Source: Oscillatoria sp. PCC 10802
GTDB taxonomy: Bacteria > Cyanobacteriota > Cyanobacteriia > Cyanobacteriales > Oscillatoriaceae
NCBI RefSeq assembly: GCF_000332335.1
Contig: NZ_KB235948.1
Location: 2,730,440-2,740,512, forward strand
Direction of reading: 5' to 3'
Length of the DNA: 10,073 nucleotides
Shown here: positions 6,643-10,073 of the stretch, piece after piece
How the letters are laid out: every line of letters starts with the position of its first letter
Position numbering within the stretch: the stretch's first letter is position 1
Notes under the pieces: model-generated
The model's database searches: none
The model's input: only the letters and a program-made list of their open reading frames with translations
Told to the model about the DNA's origin: nothing
Position numbers and translations under genes: made by a program

Positions 6643-6660
6643 GGGTGTCTTCTGGGAACC
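6643..6660. repeat. Mini-repeat copy R2: GGGTGTCTTCTGGGAACC.
   Basis: 17/18 identity with 7467-7483. Shares TTCTGGGAACC with 699-709. Confidence 0.5.
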
Positions 6661-7004
6661 GAATTGTGTGCCGGTTTGACTGTTCATAGTTCATTCAACC
6701 CCCTCAATCCAGATTGCGGGCCCACTCCCCAATGCGAGCCTGAGCCATTTTAATTTATCCTAATGAATTTTTCACCTCTACCCCTTCAATCTTGATTAAG
6801 ATTTATCCGCAATCCCTGATATTATACCCTCACTTCTCACTTAAACCCGATCCCCCGGTACAATCCAGGAATTCTCCCCCGCTTCCCATCCGTTCTATCC
6901 GTTAAATCCCTGATATCCTGTCGTTGAACTGCCGCAATCTGAAACCAAAGCCCAAAGCCCCACGCCCAATGCCCGACCCTCAAGATATTACCGGCATTCA
7001 ACCT

Positions 7005-7020
7005 GATATAATATTATATC
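7005..7020. promoter_or_regulatory. Perfect 16-bp palindrome GATATAATATTATATC, 55-70 bp downstream of the nnr stop. It contains TGATATAAT, an extended -10 that reads identically on both strands.
   Basis: Reverse complement equals itself, checked base by base. Confidence 0.4.
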
Positions 7021-7074
7021 CCTCATTCCTAGCCTTTATATCGCCCCTTAGATAGAGGAACAAAATTGAACCTA

Positions 7075-8661
7075 TTACTTCGCGTAGTTGCGCAGCACCG
7101 GCACTAAATACTGCGCCAGCGTAAACGCATCGACCCCCAGCTGACTCCGCTCCTGCGCCGCCAGAATGCCGGCGCTCGCGTGCCACCACACCGCTAGTTT
7201 GCATGAGTCTTCAACCGGCTTTTCCGCAACAGCCGCCTGCGCCCACAAGCCCCCCATCAGCCCCGTAAGCACATCCCCGCTGCCGCCGCGAGCCAAAGCC
7301 GGCGTACTTTCCGGCTGCACCCACACCGTACCGTCCGGATGCGCCACTGCCGTTCGCGCCCCCTTCAGCAGCACGACAGCCCCAGTTTGCATCGCCGCCG
7401 CCCGCACAGCAGCAATTCTGCCTCCGTATCTCCCCTCTCCCTCAATGGGAGAGGGGTTGGGGGTGAGGGTGTCTTCTGGAAACAAACGCTTGAACTCACC
7501 GAGATGGGGCGTCAGCACTGCCGGCGCTCGCCGCTCAGTCAGTGTTGCAATCGCCCCCAGATGCGCCAGCACATTCAGCCCGTCCGCATCCAAAACCAGA
7601 GGGGGAGAGCTCTCCAGCACCGCCTCCACCACCGGCGCAGCCCCCACCGTCAGCCCCGGACCGCACGCGATCGCACTGTAAGAATTCAAATCGGCACCTG
7701 GCGGCAGACCTGCGATCGCCCCCGCCTCCGTTTCCGGACACCCGACAATCAGCGCCTCTGGCAGCTGCAAACTCAGCAGCGGCTTAACCGACTCCGGAAC
7801 CGCCACCGAGAGCATCCCCACCCCAGACGCCCGCGCCCCCAAACCCGCCAAAATTGCCGCGCCGGTGTACTTGCGCGAACCGCAAACCAGCAGCAAGTGC
7901 CCCATCTTGTACTTGTGCGACGCCGGCGGGCGGGGGATGGGGAGGTGCGACAGCGCGACTGCCGGTGTGATGCGCCGGATTGCCGGTGGCTCGCCGAGTA
8001 CCGCCCGGATATCCGCCAGCGGCAAATCAAAATCAACCAGCTCCGCCTCACCAATATACTCTAGCGCCCCATCTTGCAGGAACGCCAGCTTCCACAGCCC
8101 CAAGCAAAACGTCCGCGCCGCCCGAATCGCAGTGCCCAAAACCTCGCCGGTATCCGTGTGCAGCCCCGAAGGAATATCCACACTCAGCACCGGCACCCCC
8201 CAGCGATTCACCTCATCGATCGCCGCCGCAACCGCACCGTCGAGCGAACGCTCCAACCCAAAGCCAAACAGCCCGTCAACCAGCAAGTCACACCCTTGCA
8301 GCGGCTCAACTTCCTGATAGAACGGAATTCCCAGACTCGCCACATACCGGGCGTGCTGTCCCGTCAGTTCCTTAAGCTTAGAAAACGGCGAATACACCGC
8401 CACCTCAAAACCCCGCCAGTGCAGCTCCCTAGCCACAACCAAAGCGTCCCCCCCATTGTGCCCCGGACCAACCAGCACACCGGCACGCACCGGCTGCCGG
8501 TATAGCTCCTGAATCCGCTTCGCAACCAGTCCCGCCACCTTTTCCATCAGCGCCGGCACCGGCATTCCCGCCTCAAACACGCGCCCCTCAATCGCACGCA
8601 TTTGCTCAGCCGTCACAGCAAACTGGTGAATCTGCTCAACCCTGTCCTGAATTCGCCCCAC
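7075..8661 (-). CDS. nnr: Bifunctional NAD(P)H-hydrate repair enzyme Nnr, 528 aa, GTG start. N-terminal NAD(P)H-hydrate epimerase (YjeF_N) fused to C-terminal ADP-dependent (S)-NAD(P)H-hydrate dehydratase (YjeF_C, carbohydrate-kinase fold).
   Basis: N-terminal VTAEQMRAIEG ... LVGPGHNGGDALVVAREL. C-terminal GGSGDVLTGL. An upstream in-frame stop at 8686-8688 rules out a longer N-terminus. Confidence 0.9.
   Translation of the reverse strand: MGRIQDRVEQIHQFAVTAEQMRAIEGRVFEAGMPVPALMEKVAGLVAKRIQELYRQPVRAGVLVGPGHNGGDALVVARELHWRGFEVAVYSPFSKLKELTGQHARYVASLGIPFYQEVEPLQGCDLLVDGLFGFGLERSLDGAVAAAIDEVNRWGVPVLSVDIPSGLHTDTGEVLGTAIRAARTFCLGLWKLAFLQDGALEYIGEAELVDFDLPLADIRAVLGEPPAIRRITPAVALSHLPIPRPPASHKYKMGHLLLVCGSRKYTGAAILAGLGARASGVGMLSVAVPESVKPLLSLQLPEALIVGCPETEAGAIAGLPPGADLNSYSAIACGPGLTVGAAPVVEAVLESSPPLVLDADGLNVLAHLGAIATLTERRAPAVLTPHLGEFKRLFPEDTLTPNPSPIEGEGRYGGRIAAVRAAAMQTGAVVLLKGARTAVAHPDGTVWVQPESTPALARGGSGDVLTGLMGGLWAQAAVAEKPVEDSCKLAVWWHASAGILAAQERSQLGVDAFTLAQYLVPVLRNYAK
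7426..7484. repeat. Mini-repeat copy R3 inside the nnr coding sequence: TCCCCTCTCCC-TCAAT-GGGAGAGGGGA, then TTGGGGGTGAGGGTG, then TCTTCTGGAAAC. On the - strand it encodes the in-frame peptide FPEDTLTPNPSPIEGEGRYGG.
   Basis: The reverse complement matches R1 (CACCCCCAACCCCTC plus hairpin). It shares a 17-mer with R2. The translation was verified codon by codon. Confidence 0.6.
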
Positions 8662-8935
8662 TGCTTTACCCGAACGCCAACATTTTTAACATATCAGCGA
8701 GCCGGTTGCGATGGGAATTTTATTAATGTAAAATCCCAAATCTCAAAATTCTGTCCTGTTCAGGTAAGCTGTGGCGCATTGAATTTGCCCTATCCACCTC
8801 TATCCCCTCGTTACCATGCTCTGCCTGGTAACGCCCCTCGGGAGGCTCTGCCTCCTTTCTGCAACAAGCAGATTAAAAGCTTAACAGCTTATCGCACAGA
8901 ACCGAGCAACTCGAAGATCCCCCCTCACCCCCGGG

Positions 8936-8970
8936 GAAAAATGGGGCAAACCGGCCAGCCCCCCCTTTTT
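8936..8970 (-). terminator. Bidirectional terminator-like structure: an A-run (AAAAA), hairpin GGGGCAAACCGGCCAGCCCC, then CCCTTTTT. It sits 60-95 bp past the stop of the SPOR-like gene.
   Basis: Read directly. The stem is short (4-6 bp), so confidence is modest. Confidence 0.35.
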
Positions 8971-9029
8971 CACTGGGATTGGCGGGATCTAGCCCCTGTG
9001 CGAAGTCGGGGGCTCTCCAGCAGGCAACT

Positions 9030-9698
9030 CTAAAAATTCCCGTAATAAACCCGTGCGTTCTTCAAACCAAAATCCTGGAGATAGAAGTTCCAGCGCTCTG
9101 CCGTATCCCGGTCAGCAAATGGGCCCACCAGAACGTATGGCCCCTGCGGGCTGTCTTGCGGGCTGACCCCGAAATTCACCAGTCCCAGCAGGCGCACTTG
9201 CTCTGCAGTCGCCTGCAAGTCCCTCTCGCGAGCGGGGATAACCACAAAATAGCCGGTGCCATAACTGACGGGGGTCGGTGTGTCCGGTATGTTCGGTATG
9301 TTCGGGATGTCCGGCACCGGCGGTCTTGCCTGCCGGCTCTCGATTGAGGCAATCTCAGCCTTGATGTACTGCGCTTCCAGATCCCTTTCGAGCCGCTTAG
9401 CCCGATCTTTATCGTAAAAAACATTGGCTTGGACGACCACCCGCCCCTTGTACTCCACCAGCTGTGCCTGGGGCTCTATCCTGCGCACCTGTTCCAGCAG
9501 TAGCAGGCTGTTCCCATTGACATAAACCAAGTAGTACCTGTCCGACCTTTGGGCTAGTATTTGGGACTGCGCAGCCTCTGGGAGAGGGGTTTGTCCGAGA
9601 GGTTGAGCCCCGGCGGCGGTATTCCACGCCAGTAACAAACACCCCCCCAAAAGCAGCCGAGCGGGGGTGAGCACAGAGGGGACCGAGCTTTCAGGCAT
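9030..9698 (-). CDS. Probable secreted or lipoprotein with SPOR-like (peptidoglycan-binding) repeat architecture, ~222 aa from the ATG at 9698. Contains a tandem IPNIPNIPD segment.
   Basis: N-terminus MPESSVPSVLTPARLLLGGCLLLAWNTAAGAQP is signal-peptide-like, with a possible lipobox LGGC. Two Y-rich beta modules are present (YYLVYVNGNS...KRLERDLEAQ and YVLVGPFADRDTAERWNFYLQDFGLKNARVY, the latter resembling the SPOR consensus Y-V-VGPF). The 67 codons upstream in the ORF track (MDFF...) look non-coding. Confidence 0.55.
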   Translation of the reverse strand: MPESSVPSVLTPARLLLGGCLLLAWNTAAGAQPLGQTPLPEAAQSQILAQRSDRYYLVYVNGNSLLLLEQVRRIEPQAQLVEYKGRVVVQANVFYDKDRAKRLERDLEAQYIKAEIASIESRQARPPVPDIPNIPNIPDTPTPVSYGTGYFVVIPARERDLQATAEQVRLLGLVNFGVSPQDSPQGPYVLVGPFADRDTAERWNFYLQDFGLKNARVYYGNF

Positions 9699-9867
9699 AT
9701 CAGTCGCGGATTGACCAAAACGAGGGGACGCCTGTATATACTTATTTCCGGGGGGAGCGCCAGCAAAAGTGCTGAGCGTGCTGGCGCGGGCGTCGCGCCG
9801 GCAAAGCCGGCAACAGCCAAAAAATCGAGACAGCAATCCGGGAAATTCATTTGGTTGGCTGTGCTCA

Positions 9868-10073
9868 GGGGAGCATCCCGGTTGTGGGAAGAAGTCCATA
9901 TCAATGCGACAGTGATTTCAGCAGGGGGTAGGAGGAGAAGATTTTTGGCCAGCTGAATCCCGGCAACGGGATTGAAACACTATACCGAACGGGAGCATCC
10001 CCGTTGTGCAAAGAAGCCCAAATGAATGCGACAATGATTTCAGCAGGGGGTAGGAGCGGATGATTTTTGGCCA
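9868..10073. repeat. Two 84-bp direct repeats (9868-9951 and 9990-10073, ~88% identity, period 122 bp). They are separated by a 38-bp spacer holding a perfect 7-bp hairpin with a GNRA loop (AATCCCG-GCAA-CGGGATT, 9956-9973). The array runs to the window end.
   Basis: Aligned by eye: GGGAGCATCCC(C/G)GTTGTG..AAGAAG.CCA.AT.AATGCGACA.TGATTTCAGCAGGGGGTAGGAG.....GATTTTTGGCCA. Confidence 0.8.

Noticed and set aside
6490-6753. ORFs 6490-6687 (-) and 6547-6753 (+, Cys-rich CRRYIAPCRCRCGCLLG).
   Set aside because: They lie in the kinase upstream region, rich in GCCGGC words. The Cys-rich pattern comes from the TGC/CGG repeats of CCGGTGCCGGTGCGGGTG and is not a genuine metal-binding motif.
7166-8505. 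Long + strand ORFs (171, 241, 150, 131 and 143 aa) overlapping nnr, rich in Pro/Arg/Ser/Ala.
   Set aside because: They lie antisense to a well-supported GC-rich gene (~65% GC). They are low-complexity with no recognisable motifs. This is typical of stop-codon paucity in high-GC DNA.
9699-9899. The 67-codon N-terminal extension (MDFFPQPGCSPEHSQ...) of the SPOR-like ORF in the six-frame track.
   Set aside because: The internal ATG at 9698 is followed by a signal-peptide-like segment. The extension is Cys/Arg-rich, not hydrophobic, and overlaps the repeat-bearing promoter region.
9868-10073. Possible CRISPR array at the right edge (hairpin ...GATTGAAAC).
   Set aside because: The conserved units are 84 bp and the hairpin-bearing 38-bp segment occurs only once. 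Only two units are visible and no cas genes are in the window. Kept as a repeat finding instead.
1-10073. High density of GCCGGC/CCGGC words throughout (many dozens of occurrences).
   Set aside because: It is a genome-wide compositional and codon signature (Ala-Gly and Pro-Ala codon pairs plus intergenic copies), not a local feature. It would only be interesting as a restriction-modification avoidance or enrichment statistic at whole-genome scale.

Overview
The window is a 10 kb chromosomal segment that reads like a cyanobacterial genome, probably a filamentous one. The evidence is two HIP1 octamers (GCGATCGC at 7667-7674 and 7712-7719), pervasive GCCGGC/CCGGC words, and GC-rich housekeeping genes with frequent non-SD starts.

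Coding content, left to right:
- A type II NADH dehydrogenase (NDH-2) on the + strand, 1102-2463.
- A convergent minus-strand two-gene operon on a visibly AT-richer patch, 3107-4412. It pairs a 116-aa small protein (strong SD) with a cytoplasmic trypsin-like serine protease. The protease has an H/D/S triad, a poly-proline linker and an unassigned ~100-aa C-terminal domain. This is the best candidate for a little-characterised conflict or regulatory system.
- A hybrid receiver/histidine kinase on the - strand, 5019-6383 (or to the TTG at 6440).
- The bifunctional NAD(P)H-hydrate repair enzyme Nnr on the - strand, 7075-8661, GTG start.
- A probable secreted SPOR-like protein on the - strand, 9030-9698.

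The non-coding DNA is unusually structured:
- A 26-bp tandem array at the left edge.
- A promoter-like TTGCCA-18-TATAAT feeding a 266-bp element bounded by 23-bp perfect inverted repeats with GC hairpins (candidate sRNA or MITE).
- A ~60-bp direct duplication upstream of ndh.
- A family of G/C-rich palindromic mini-repeats sharing GGGTGTCTTCTGG(G)AAC, one copy inserted in-frame inside nnr.
- A perfect 16-bp AT palindrome and a ~94-bp-periodic CCTGATAT motif downstream of nnr.
- A 19/20-bp motif shared by two intergenic regions.
- Two 84-bp direct repeats separated by a GNRA-looped hairpin at the right edge.

All calls come from reading the sequence. No database search was possible.
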